From Carcharhinus longimanus (lineage: Eukaryota): a stretch of DNA of 59,963 nucleotides. Positions 37,082 to 47,960 of the stretch are shown here, piece by piece. The stretch is from NCBI GenBank assembly GCA_030264375.1, contig JASCQW010000190.1:44046321-44106283 (forward strand), written 5' to 3'. Positions within the stretch are counted from its first letter, which is position 1, and each line of letters opens with the position of its first letter. Both the position numbers and the translations under genes were made by a program. The notes beneath the pieces are model-generated. The model did not search any database and had not been told where the DNA came from. It saw only the letters and a program-made list of their open reading frames with translations.

Positions 37082-37949
37082 TGATGGTAGTGGGAAAGAA
37101 GACAAAGTTCCTTTAAGCTGTTTGGTAAATCTCCGTGAACATGGTGTTCAAGGCTATACCTTTGAATTGTGGTTTAATTCACTGCCAGAGTAATGATTTT
37201 CTCTGAAGAAATCAATATCAAAGTAGTTCCACTATGCAGAAAGAATTTAAATTACTAGGCAGCTTTAATCCACTGAAATTCTTACAATAAAGTTGGCTAT
37301 TTTTAATTTAATTGAAACTGGGTGCATCTTCAGGACAAAATTATTTTCATTCCACGACAACTTTGTTATTTTACGTTTTGGATTGCTATTGATTTTGCGT
37401 GCACAGTTTTAGTGACAATATTGCAGATATTGATAAATTATATGTGAAATTTTGACAATGAAGAATCACCATAGCCTTTCAAACAAATTGCAGTCGCTGA
37501 TGGTTTCAACTGCTCCTCATTTCAGAGTTCCATGTAACCTACCCCACCACTATTACTAGTCCTAGGAGTGAACCAATTCCTCCAAAGGATTTGACTCGGG
37601 TAAAAAGATAACACTGGTGGCCCACTGGAACCATTCATGGAGCCTAGTCATGACTAAGATCACTGCACACTGAGAGATTGCACAGCTGATCTGCTGCTGC
37701 TGCTTCTGTGCATTGAGAAGGAACCCGCATACTCCCTGTTTTTGATGTATCATGTCTGCCTCAGTAATGAGGCTAGGAGCATGTTCTCACCATGTGGTGA
37801 ATCCTAGACTCTCGCCCAACATCTAATCATCCCATAGTGTGGTATATTGATACACCTGACATACAACTAAATAGAAGTAACCATTTCTTTGTTGTTATTT
37901 TCTTTTGCTGTATTAAATTCTGGTTTGATATTTTACTTTTTCCCTGTAG

Positions 37950-37964
37950 GTGTTGACAGAGAAT
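37950..37964 (+). other. Candidate 15-nt microexon
   Basis: ttttactttttccctgtag|GTGTTGACAGAGAAT|gtaaga. Confidence 0.35.
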
Positions 37965-38129
37965 GTAAGATTGTTTCCTTTGTTGCTATTTTGTCCATTG
38001 AAACAATAGAGCAAACAGTGACTATACTATAATTTTGATTCCTTGATGTTGTGCTAGATGTATTTCAACAAATTGTTGCACTCTGTGCCAGATAGGACAG
38101 GGATAACGGTCAGAATGATTGGAGCTTAT

Positions 38130-38453
38130 TGGCGGCATGGTGGTACAGTGGTTAGCATAGCTCAGTGCCAGGGACTGGGTTCAATTCTGGCCTTGGGTGA
38201 CTGGTCTGTGTGGAGTCTGCACATTCTCCCCATGTCTGCATGGGTTTCCTCTGGGTGCTCCACTTCTCCCACAGTCCAGAGATGTACAGGTTAAGTGGAT
38301 TGGCCATGATAAATGTGTGGGGCTACGGGAATAGGATGGGCTGGGGGTTGGGGGCGCTGTGGGCCTGAGTAAGATTCTCTTTCGGAGAGTTGATACAAAC
38401 TCAATGGGGAAAAATGGCTCCCTTCTGACTGTAGGAATTCTTTGATTCTATGG
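38130..38453 (+). mobile_element. HE1-like V-SINE with CR1-type tail
   Basis: ggcggcatggtggtacagtggttagc, ggttcaattc, V-domain, ttctttgattctatg. Confidence 0.9.
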
Positions 38454-39943
38454 NNNNNNNNNNNNNNNNNNNNNNNNNNNNNNNNNNNNNNNNNNNNNNN
38501 NNNNNNNNNNNNNNNNNNNNNNNNNNNNNNNNNNNNNNNNNNNNNNNNNNNNNCATTCATCCATGTGCTGCCAATAAGATACAGTAAGCAATACCATTAT
38601 TGGTATTGCTCCATCAGAAATTCCCTTAAATAAGAATCGCTGTTCATACAGTTCATCCAGTTTTCTGAAATCAACAAGGGGTGTCATTCCCTTTCGTTTC
38701 ATACACTGATTATCATCAGGTCATAATGTTATCCTCGGTTGTGTTGGTGTGCAATTCTTTCAGGCTCATTTCAGTACTGCTGGAGGAAATGGAACCTGCC
38801 ACTTTCTGATGGGAAGCAGATGAGAGACAAAATGGTGGGGAAGACACTCCCAGCTGTGGTCATGGCAGAGGGTTGGTCTCAAATAGTCTATCCTTGTAAA
38901 TAAGTAAGGGGAAGAGAAAGCTGAAACCAGTTGGACTTGAGCTTCATCTCGTATGCATTTGCAAGAATATTTATCAGTAAATTCAATCTAAAGGAAGTGA
39001 AAAAATGTTTTAACAATATCAGTGAAAAGTTCACCTTTTTTGATTTCTTTGTCTTTCACTAGAACAATCTAAAGTAAAAGGATAGGATATTAATAAGTGT
39101 ATGTATCCAATCTTGCTGTCTGAAACAATGCATCAAGAACAAGCTTCTGGTCTGTTGGGATGTCCTCAGGTTACCAGCCTTTGATCGATAATGACGTGTA
39201 TCCATTCATTTTATGGCGCCCTCATTTAAACATTNNNNNNNNNNNNNNNNNNNNNNNNNNNNNNNNNNNNNNNNNNNNNNNNNNNNNNNNNNNNNNNNNN
39301 NNNNNNNNNNNNNNNNNNNNNNNNNNNNNNNNNNNNNNNNNNNNNNNNNNNNNNNNNNNNNNNNNNNNNNNNNNNNNNNNNNNNNNNNNNNNNNNNNNNN
39401 NNNNNNNNNNNNNNNNNNNNNNNNNNNNNNNNNNNNNNNNNNNNNNNNNNNNNNNNNNNNNNNNNNNNNNNNNNNNNNNNNNNNNNNNNNNNNNNNNNNN
39501 NNNNNNNNNNNNNNNNNNNNNNNNNNNNNNNNNNNNNNNNNNNNNNNNNNNNNNNNNNNNNNNNNNNNNNNNNNNNNNNNNNNNNNNNNNNNNNNNNNNN
39601 NNNNNNNNNNNNNNNNNNNNNNNNNNNNNNNNNNNNNNNNNNNNNNNNNNNNNNNNNNNNNNNNNNNNNNNNNNNNNNNNNNNNNNNNNNNNNNNNNNNN
39701 NNNNNNNNNNNNNNNNNNNNNNNNNNNNNNNNNNNNNNNNNNNNNNNNNNNNNNNNNNNNNNNNNNNNNNNNNNNNNNNNNNNNNNNNNNNNNNNNNNNN
39801 NNNNNNNNNNNNNNNNNNNNNNNNNNNNNNNNNNNNNNNNNNNNNNNNNNNNNNNNNNNNNNNNNNNNNNNNNNNNNNNNNNNNNNNNNNNNNNNNNNNN
39901 NNNNNNNNNNNNNNNNNNNNNNNNNNNNNNNNNNNNNNNNNNN

Positions 39944-40455
39944 CCTATGCCTCCTAATTTTAGACTCCCCTACCTTTGGGAAAATATATTGACCTGTGCC
40001 CCTCATTGTTTTATATACGTCTGTAAAGTCACCCCTCAGCTTTCTACGCTCCAGAAGAAAAAGTCCCAGTCTATCCAGCCTCTCCTTATAACTCAATTCA
40101 ATCCATCAAGTACCGGTAGCATTCTAGTAAATCTTTTTCTGCACTCTTTCTAGTTTAATAATATCCTCCCTATAATAGGGTGACCAGAATTGCACAGTAT
40201 TCCAAGTGTGACCTTACCAATGTCTTGTACGACTTCAATAAGATGTTCCAACTCCTGTATTCAATGTTCTGACAGATGAAACCAAGCATGTTGAATCCCT
40301 TCACCACTCTACCCACCTGTGACTCCACTTTCAAGGAGCTATGAACATGTACCCCTAAATCTTTGTCCTGTAACTCTCCCCAATGTCCTACCATTAACTG
40401 AGTAAGTCGTGCCCTGGTTCAATCTACCAAAATGCATTACCTCACATTTGTCTAA
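39944..40455 (-). mobile_element. CR1 LINE ORF2 fragment next to a gap
   Basis: DKCEVMHFGRLN, DLGVHVHSSLKV, YKTLVRSHLEYC, SYKERLDRLGLF. Confidence 0.9.
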
Positions 40456-40619
40456 GGAACCTGAGGAATTACACTCCATCAGGAACCAACGTCTTGAGGG
40501 AAGCAATGGAAAGGACATGAAAACCAAAGAAAATCATGGAAGAATTATCCCATGCAGCAAGAAAAGAACATGGAAGCACAAAAGAGTGGTTCAAAGTCAA
40601 ATATTTCTGATAGTTTCAT

Positions 40620-41324
40620 GAAGAATTGTTTATGAACATTTTGCAAGGTAGCTGTGTTTTGAAGTGTATCCCTTACTTTAAGGTTAAAAGTTGGGACTTC
40701 TGGGAGCACCCAAGTTCAGACACAGGCCTGGTTGCCATGGGGGTGAAATTCAAATAGCAACCTTTTGAAATTTAGTGACAGCTTTTACACTTTCAGTAAA
40801 CGAACAGATGGTTTTGTGAGACGCAGGTAGAGACAAGGCAGATACTGCTATGGAGAAGTAGGTGCTTGTAAGAATTCATTTTCTGTTCAAAAGGAAGAGA
40901 ACAGAATAGATGGAAATTTTGCAGATTTATGGAACAACGATTTGCTGTTGTGGGCCTTGCTGGTGAAAGTTGGATTGGAGAGACTAGGGATCAGTGGAAA
41001 GGCGTTAGAAGAACATTGGAAGTATTGACTGAGCCTTCTGAAGATCTGGGAGTAACAACAGTGTTGATCTTGTCTGCCAGAAGTGTGGTACGCAGCGAAA
41101 GAGTTTGTATGATGTATTTCAATAGTATTAGTTAGTTAATGTAAACATCCCTTTCTTTAGTTCTGTGTAGTTGTTGTCTGGAAATTAATGTTCAGTCTAC
41201 ATTGATTTTAGATTGTTATAGTAGAAATCTTAAAACATGCAAGTAGTGTCAGTTGGTTATTTCCATTGCTCATTTGGGGAATTCATTTATTTTTAAAAAT
41301 TATTGATCTCTGGTGAACATAACA
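40620..41324. mobile_element. Probable degraded solo LTR
   Basis: Ends ...cataaca like 28262-28986 and has similar composition; 5' end and TSD unclear. Confidence 0.35.
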
Positions 41325-41404
41325 GAAGGGACATGTTAACAATGCAGATTATTTGAAAATAATTATTTAAAATTCATGGCAGATTTGCTAACAATTGTCT
41401 TCAG

Positions 41405-41752
41405 AAAATATATAAAAAGGAAGAGGCTGGCTAGGGTGAACGTTGGTCCCTTAGAGGATGAGAAGGGAGACTTAGTGGTAGGGGATGGGGAAATGGCTGA
41501 GGTCTTGAATAACTTTTTTGTTTCGGTCTTCACGGAGGAGGACGTNNNNNNNNNNNNNNNNNNNNNNNNNNNNNNNNNNNNNNNNNNNNNNNNNNNNNNN
41601 NNNNNNNNNNNNNNNNNNNNNNNNNNNNNNNNNNNNNNNNNNNNNTGTGGAACTGAGCCACGACAGATCAGCCATGATCTTATTGAATGGCGGGGCAGGC
41701 TCGAAGGGCTAGATGGCCTCCTACTGCTCCTATTTCTTATGTTCTTATGTTC
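41405..41752 (+). mobile_element. Young CR1 LINE, collapsed across a gap
   Basis: YIKRKRLARVNVGPLEDEKGDLVVGDGEMAEVLNNFFVSVFTEED, then the gap, then the same 3' tail as 14318 and 23923. Confidence 0.88.
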
Positions 41753-43159
41753 TAATAACCATGAAAGGACATACACAGGAAAAATACAGAGTTATTACTT
41801 GAGGGAATCTGTATGTTTGTGCACCTGTAGTCCGCTTCTCTTTCTCATAAATTTGCTTCACTCATCTTCCTCTACTGAATGCGGTTGACTCCTTGTACAG
41901 TTTCGTGGGCATCAATCACTTTCTGGTATCTCATTGTGAGTTTATTTAATGACAACAGAATTGCAGTTGAGTCCAATTCTTTTCTTATTTGCAGACATGC
42001 ATACCTCCAATGGGGATTAATGGCTAGTAATCAAAAGCTGGCACTCAGTGACTAAGTTTTCTTCCTGACACACTCATGCTGTGGTCAATTTCAACATGCT
42101 GAGTTATGCACAGATTGGCAATTAAATCTTAAATTTTGCTTACAGGAATGAATTTACAGAGCCATCAGGAAAGCTTTATAATGCAAATCAGTCTTGACTT
42201 CTGACCATTCATGACTTCATGACTTTAAAATGAATGCATACCTGTGCCGATCCCACAAATGAATACTTAACGTACCATATCTTTAAACAGGTGGGCCTAG
42301 TTTAGAAATGATGCAGACAAAACATTGATCTTTATCTCAATTGGGATATGGTTCTCTAAGATATTAGCAAACTGCATTAGGTATCATCAGAAGGACAGAA
42401 TGTGAAGCTGCAGCTACCTGTTATGTATTGTACATATAGCTTTTATGTTGGCAGGACTGCACTTTTCATAAAAATGAGTACAAGGCAGAGTGTTACCAAA
42501 AGTATTTTTCAGGGTAAAGTTAGCTACCCTAAAGTCTGAAAAATACGCTTTCCAGTCCAAACCCATCTCCAATCCACACATATCTGGCTTAATTTAACTG
42601 ATGCTGGAGGGTGTGTGCAACAGACCAATCACTCAAGGAGATGTGTTGGAACTATAAATATGATAATGAGGCTGTGAGCCTTTCTTCCCTAGTCTTGTCC
42701 ATACCGGGGTGGCCTTGGAAGACGAGTGTGTGGTGTCCACTGGCGTGCTTGAGGCCTTCCAAGGAGCACTGCAGGAACTGGAGGGTATCATTGTTAGTAG
42801 AAATAATATGATTTAATTTATGATTCCTTTAACTTGTGTATATTTTGTATTTTCAATTAGCTGTGTCTCTGAAAAGAAGGCACTTTTTTTTGAGACACTT
42901 GATGACACTGGAACAACTCTTCAAGGTTTCAACTAAAAAATTGTTGAAGAGCAATTAACTGAGATGTGCTGTTCTACTTGGGAAATTTGCTGAGGAACCC
43001 ATCTAATACGAAAGAGATGTGAATCTGACAATGGAGTAGGCCAGAGATAATAGCTAACCATCTGAGGACTACGGTATTATTTTTGTATCAAATAGGCACA
43101 AAAAGATGTCATGTCCTGCAATTAAAAATCTTGAGTTTTACAGAATAAATTTTACAGAA

Positions 43160-43262
43160 AAAGGGTGGGGGAAAATGGGGAAGGGTGAAAGAGGTTGGGG
43201 GAAGGTGAAACAGGGTAAAAGAGGGTGGGGCAGTGTGAAAGAGGATGGGGGAGGGTGAAAGA
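43160..43262 (+). repeat. Purine-rich degenerate tandem repeat with G-runs
   Basis: aaagagg-tggggg-agggtg units. Confidence 0.7.
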
Positions 43263-43334
43263 TCTCAAAATATATGTTTCTATTGAAGCAGTCCCTGTCC
43301 ATTGATAAATGGTAAGTAGCACTCACGTCACACA

Positions 43335-43750
43335 AGTGCCAGACCATCTTCAGCAGGAAAGAACCTAATCATCTCCATATATCATTCAATGGTGTCACTA
43401 TCACTGAATCTCCCTATTATCAACATCCTGGGGTTACCATTGACCAGGAACTGAACTGGACTAGCCGTATAAATACTGTGTATACCAGACCAGGTCAGAG
43501 GCTAGGAATTCTGTGGTACACAGCACACTTTACTCCCCAAAGCCTGTCTATCATCTAAAAGTCAGGAGTGTGATGGAGTATTCTCCACTTGCCTGGGTGA
43601 CTGCTGCTGTAATAGCACTCAAGAATCTTAATACAATTCACAAAGCTGCCCACTTGATTGGCACCCCATCCACTACTTTAAATGTTCACTCCCTCCTCCA
43701 CTAATGCACAGTGGCAGCAGTGTGTACCATTTACGAGATGCACTGCAACA
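43335..43750 (+). mobile_element. CR1/L2-group LINE (family B) ORF2 fragment
   Basis: NILGVTIDQELNWTS, VRSVMEYSPLAW; reverse complement of 9350-9695. Confidence 0.8.
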
Positions 43751-44379
43751 TTGTGAGCTGTATAATGCCTACCAGCAGTAATGATGAAATATACACATAT
43801 AATACAGGCCAGAGCTTCCATGGCCATATCACAACAGACAAGGGAACTTGTTTCAAGAGTAAATTTACATTGATAGGATGGTGTTTGTTTTTTTTTACAT
43901 ATTCTCAGTATAATAAAAATTGAGAAGGCTATAAATCGATTGTTTATATTTAATGGTCTTCATTTAATTATTTATTGTTCATTGCATTCTAACCCGCTCT
44001 TCTCACTGTTGGGAAATTTATTCTTTCATTTACCCTAATTGAAAAAAATCACTTGAGATCATGTGGTAGTTTCAGTGAAGCAGAATAGTGTCTCTGGGTT
44101 TTTGTTTTGAGCTCAGGTTTGCAAGCTTTACCTAGAAATTAGGCAGAGATACACTCCAGATTGTAGGGAATGGGAAACTGGTAACTAAGTATTTCAGGAA
44201 ATTTCTAAGATGGTGACTACATTGCTGTATGTCTTTGAGAAAAACTTGTACTTCAAATCTGGTTACGTTTTATTCTGGAGGACTGAGTACTTTGTATAAT
44301 AAATAAGTGGAAGGCTATTTAATTTCTCAAGGCTGTTCGTCCATTCAGTGATATCATGGCTGACCTGTATCTTAACTCC

Positions 44380-44700
44380 ATCTACCCACCTCTGTTACTT
44401 AAGCTCATCTGCTGAAACCCTCATTCATGTCTCTGTTACCTCTAGCTTTGACTATTCTAATGCACTCCAGACCAGCCTCCTCCCTTCTACTGTAAGTAAA
44501 CTTGAGGTCATCCAAAACAGTCCTCCCATGTCCTAACTCGCATCAAGTCCTGCTTGCCCATCAACCCTGTGCTCACTGACCCAATTGGCTCCCAGTTAAG
44601 CAACACCTTGAATTTAAAATTCTTATCCATGTTTTTGAATCTGTCTGTGGCCTTGCCCCCCTCTTTCTCTGTTCAGTAATGCCCTCGAGGCTCAAAACTT
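44380..44700 (+). mobile_element. L2 LINE fragment
   Basis: AETLIHVSVTSSFDYSNAL...KLEVIQN. Confidence 0.75.
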
Positions 44701-44711
44701 TCCAAGATGTG

Positions 44712-45285
44712 GATGATGGGGGTATAGTTGTAACATCATTGGACTAGTAATCCAGAGGTGCAGTTAAGCACTGTGAGGACTTGGGTTCANNNNNNNNNNN
44801 NNNNNNNNNNNNNNNNNNNNNNNNNNNNNNNNNNNNNNNNNNNNNNNNNNNNNNNNNNNNNNNNNNNNNNNNNNNNNNNNNNNNNNNNNTGCAGTTAAGC
44901 ACTGTGAGGACTTGGGTTCAATAACCATCAGCTGATGGAATTTAAATCAAGTTAATATAAATTTGGAGTTGAAAGCTGGACTCAGTAATCTATTGGTGTA
45001 AAAACACATCTGTTTCACTGTGTCCTTTAGGGAAGGAAAATTGCTATGCTAATCTGGCCTACGTGACTTCAAACCCATAGCAATGTGGTTGACTCTGAAA
45101 TGATCAAACAGGTCCCACAGTTACACCAAGCCACAACAGGAGTCTAATCGATTTTAATAAAAACCATTTCAACCAGATGGACAATAGCAGTTGAAGGCAC
45201 AAGACCACCTTCTCAGAAGGGCAGCTTGGGGTGGGCAACAATAGCTGGCCCTTCCTCCAGAGTCCACATCCCAGGAAAGAAAAAG
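44712..45285 (+). mobile_element. Family B SINE inserted in the L2 remnant, with a gap
   Basis: ggactagtaatccagagg, ggttca, cctttagggaaggaaa, gcaatgtggttgactct, tail gggtgggcaacaatagctggcc...ccacatccc. Confidence 0.7.
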
Positions 45286-45707
45286 ATATCTGCTCTTCTC
45301 CAATTCTGGCCTTTTGAGTATTCTTGTGTTCATTGTTTTACTATTGATGAGTGTGCCCTCAACTGCCAAAACCAAAAACTCCAGGATTTCCTCATTAAAC
45401 GTTCTTGTCTCTTCTATTTCTCTCTCTTCTTTCAGACACTTTAAAATCTGCCTCCATGACTAGGGGGTTCCTCTGCCCCAAAAACTCCTATCACTCACTG
45501 TTCAGTTTTGTTAATTCTGCCACAAAGAACCTAATGATATTTTATTACATTTGAGGTTCTAAATAAATACAAGCTGTTGTTGGGTTCAGTTATATCAATT
45601 CCAGTAGACATTTTTAATTAACCCAGCCTCCACAGCTTGTTGGCAATGTTCTGGATTTCCCCCACCATTTGTATGAAACACTACCTCAAAACAGCCCAGC
45701 CCTCAAA

Positions 45708-46036
45708 GGGTGGCATGGTGGCAAGCACTGCTGCCTCACCAGTGCCAGGGGCCCAGCCTTGGGTGACTGAAGTTTGCATGTTCTCCCTGTTTCTGTGAGA
45801 GTTTCCTCTGGGTGCTCTGGTTTTCTCCCACACTCCAAAGATGTGCAGCTTAGGTGGATTGGCTATTGCTAATTGCCCTTCAGTGTCTCAAGGTGTGTAG
45901 GTTGAGGAGGGGCGAAGGGGTAAATAAATAGGGTTACAGGGATAGGGCAGGGGGAGAAGGCCAAGGTAGGATACTCTATCGGAGAGTTGGTGTAGTCTGG
46001 ATGGGGCGAATGGCCTCCTGCACTGTAGGGATTCTT
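45708..46036 (+). mobile_element. HE1-like V-SINE nested in a degraded minus-strand CR1 (about 45590-46330)
   Basis: gggtggcatggtggc...gcactgctgcctcac...tttgcatgttctccc...cactgtagggattct. Confidence 0.8.
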
Positions 46037-46439
46037 CTAAGGTTTATTGCCCCTGTTTTGAGATCCTCACCACAGCAAATAGTTCCTCTCCACCTGCCCA
46101 ATCAAATCCTCCAATCATCTTAAAAACTTCAATTAGATCACCCACTAAACTTCTATCCTCACAGGAATCTTTACCGAGTCTATGCAACTGTTCGATAATC
46201 TAATCCTGTTAGCTAGCCTCAGTGTCCTGCCAATTAATCTATATCTTGACTGTCCCAGAATTGAACCCAGTATTAAAATAGGGTTGAAGCAGATTTTATA
46301 CAACTGTAGCTAACTTCCACCTAATCCCTGTGAGATTAAGGTTAGCATTTCTTTAAGCAAATCAACGTTTAACTTTTTAAAAGGCCGTAAATGTTGCAAG
46401 CTGTAAGTAAATGGTAAAATAAGCAAACTTTTTTTTTAA

Positions 46440-47260
46440 AAAGTCAGTAAATTGTGCTGGGAATGGAGAGTTTGCTTCCCTTCGTACGCTCGGAAAAATA
46501 CAGGGAAACAATTTGGAGTGCAGCTATTATTATTTCTCTGCAGCTGCTCTGGCTGGCTGCAATGTGTGACAGGGGCTGGGCTGTGAGCACGGGCGGCGCT
46601 TTGAGGCTGTGCAGCCTGAACTTGCCGCCGCTGGACTGGAGACAAGTCTGGCTCCGAGAGGTAGCTTCACAGTGAGGCACAGACTGCAGAGAGAGAGGCT
46701 GGCTGCTGATCGCCCCTCCCCCCAAAACCCTCTGTCAGCAGCTCTGTGCACAACTGGTGGCTCCGGCTCGCCCAGCGCTACAGAGAGGAAGGGAAGGGAA
46801 AAGAAGGAGCAGCGAAGTGGGAGAGGGGAGGAAGCAAATTCTTGAGAGGAGTGAGTAAGTGAGCGAGCTGCTTCTCTGTGGACCGGGATATGCTGCCAAA
46901 CCGACTCCTTCCCGTTTCAAGCTGCTGCCTGCCCGCAGGAAACGCTGCAGAGCTTCGTTTTTAACAGACTGACTGGCAGCTGGACTCCCTCTGAAGCTAC
47001 ATTGCAGCCATGTAAGAACTGTTTCTGCATTCTCGCTTGATTTTCTTTTTATTTTTCACCCACCCCTTCTCTTTCTCACACACATTGCGTTGAAGATTTA
47101 TTTTCTTGGCATCAAGTTGCCCCGAGAACGCCTTTGTAAAATGGGTGGAAAATCTGCTGTAACGGAACGTGGGCGCCTCCGGCCCCCAGGACTTTGTTTT
47201 CGTTTCCCAAGCAGAAATGTGTTTAAAAAAAAAGCTGGAAAGAGTGGGATCCAGAGGCGA
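46440..47260 (+). promoter_or_regulatory. CpG-enriched promoter / first exon of an unidentified gene
   Basis: Local CpG and GC enrichment, GC-box-like gggcggcg, AG-rich UTR-like sequence, donor-like sites gtgagtaagt (about 46851) and AT|gtaaga (47012); no repeats. Confidence 0.6.
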
Positions 47261-47619
47261 GGTTAAAATAAATTCTTGTCATTTGAAGTGATCCCTGGGA
47301 GTGACTGTGAATCTGGGTCCTCAGCAGATTCAGATTCAATGCTTTGAGGAGGGGAAACAGGATTGCCACGAATAGCAGCCAGTGTTACATTGTTCAGATT
47401 GAAAACTTTCCGTTTTTATTTTTCTTTTGAGGAGATTGTGGGGAAGATAGAGGCGAGTTGCTGGGAATGAGATGTTTGCCAGTGGATTGTGACATTTTGC
47501 TCCTCAGATGCCAGTGAAGGGAAACAGGATTGGCCACCGAGAGAGGGAAAAGCTTCAACATTGGAGGGGGCAACAGCTAGTGGCAGGAGGCAACAAGCTA
47601 GACTTTGCACCCTTACCTT

Positions 47620-47960
47620 TCATAAACACTGTCACATACCCACCCTCTGCCCTCTCCCCTAATTGCCTCCACCCCTGCCTCTCCCATGGTTGCCCCACTC
47701 TCTTGATTGCTGCCCCCCCCGCATGGTTGGCTTGGCCCCCTCTCCTGGTCACCCTCCCCTTCCCCTTTCTCATGGTGAACCCCTGTTCCCCCTCGTCATG
47801 CCTCCCCTCCTGTCACCCACTCGACCCCTTTCTTTTAACAGCCTTGCCCACACCACCTCCCCGTCATATAATATTTGTCCACCCCTTCCCAAAGTGTGTG
47901 TTTGGCCACCTCCTCCCTCCTGTACCTTTCCATTCACCCCTCCCTTTCCTGTTTCTTTAT
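47620..47960. repeat. C-rich polypyrimidine low-complexity tract (G4-prone on the minus strand)
   Basis: Many CCC/CCCC runs. Confidence 0.7.

Noticed and set aside
38130-38200. tRNA-like A/B boxes (also 5351, 8147, 52237)
   Set aside because: SINE heads with no complete cloverleaf
40730-40745. Second RFX-like site GTTGCCATGG
   Set aside because: Only a half match, and inside a probable LTR
44760-44920. Exact 30-bp direct repeat tgcagttaagcactgtgaggacttgggttca
   Set aside because: Flanks a 100-N gap; typical contig-overlap artefact
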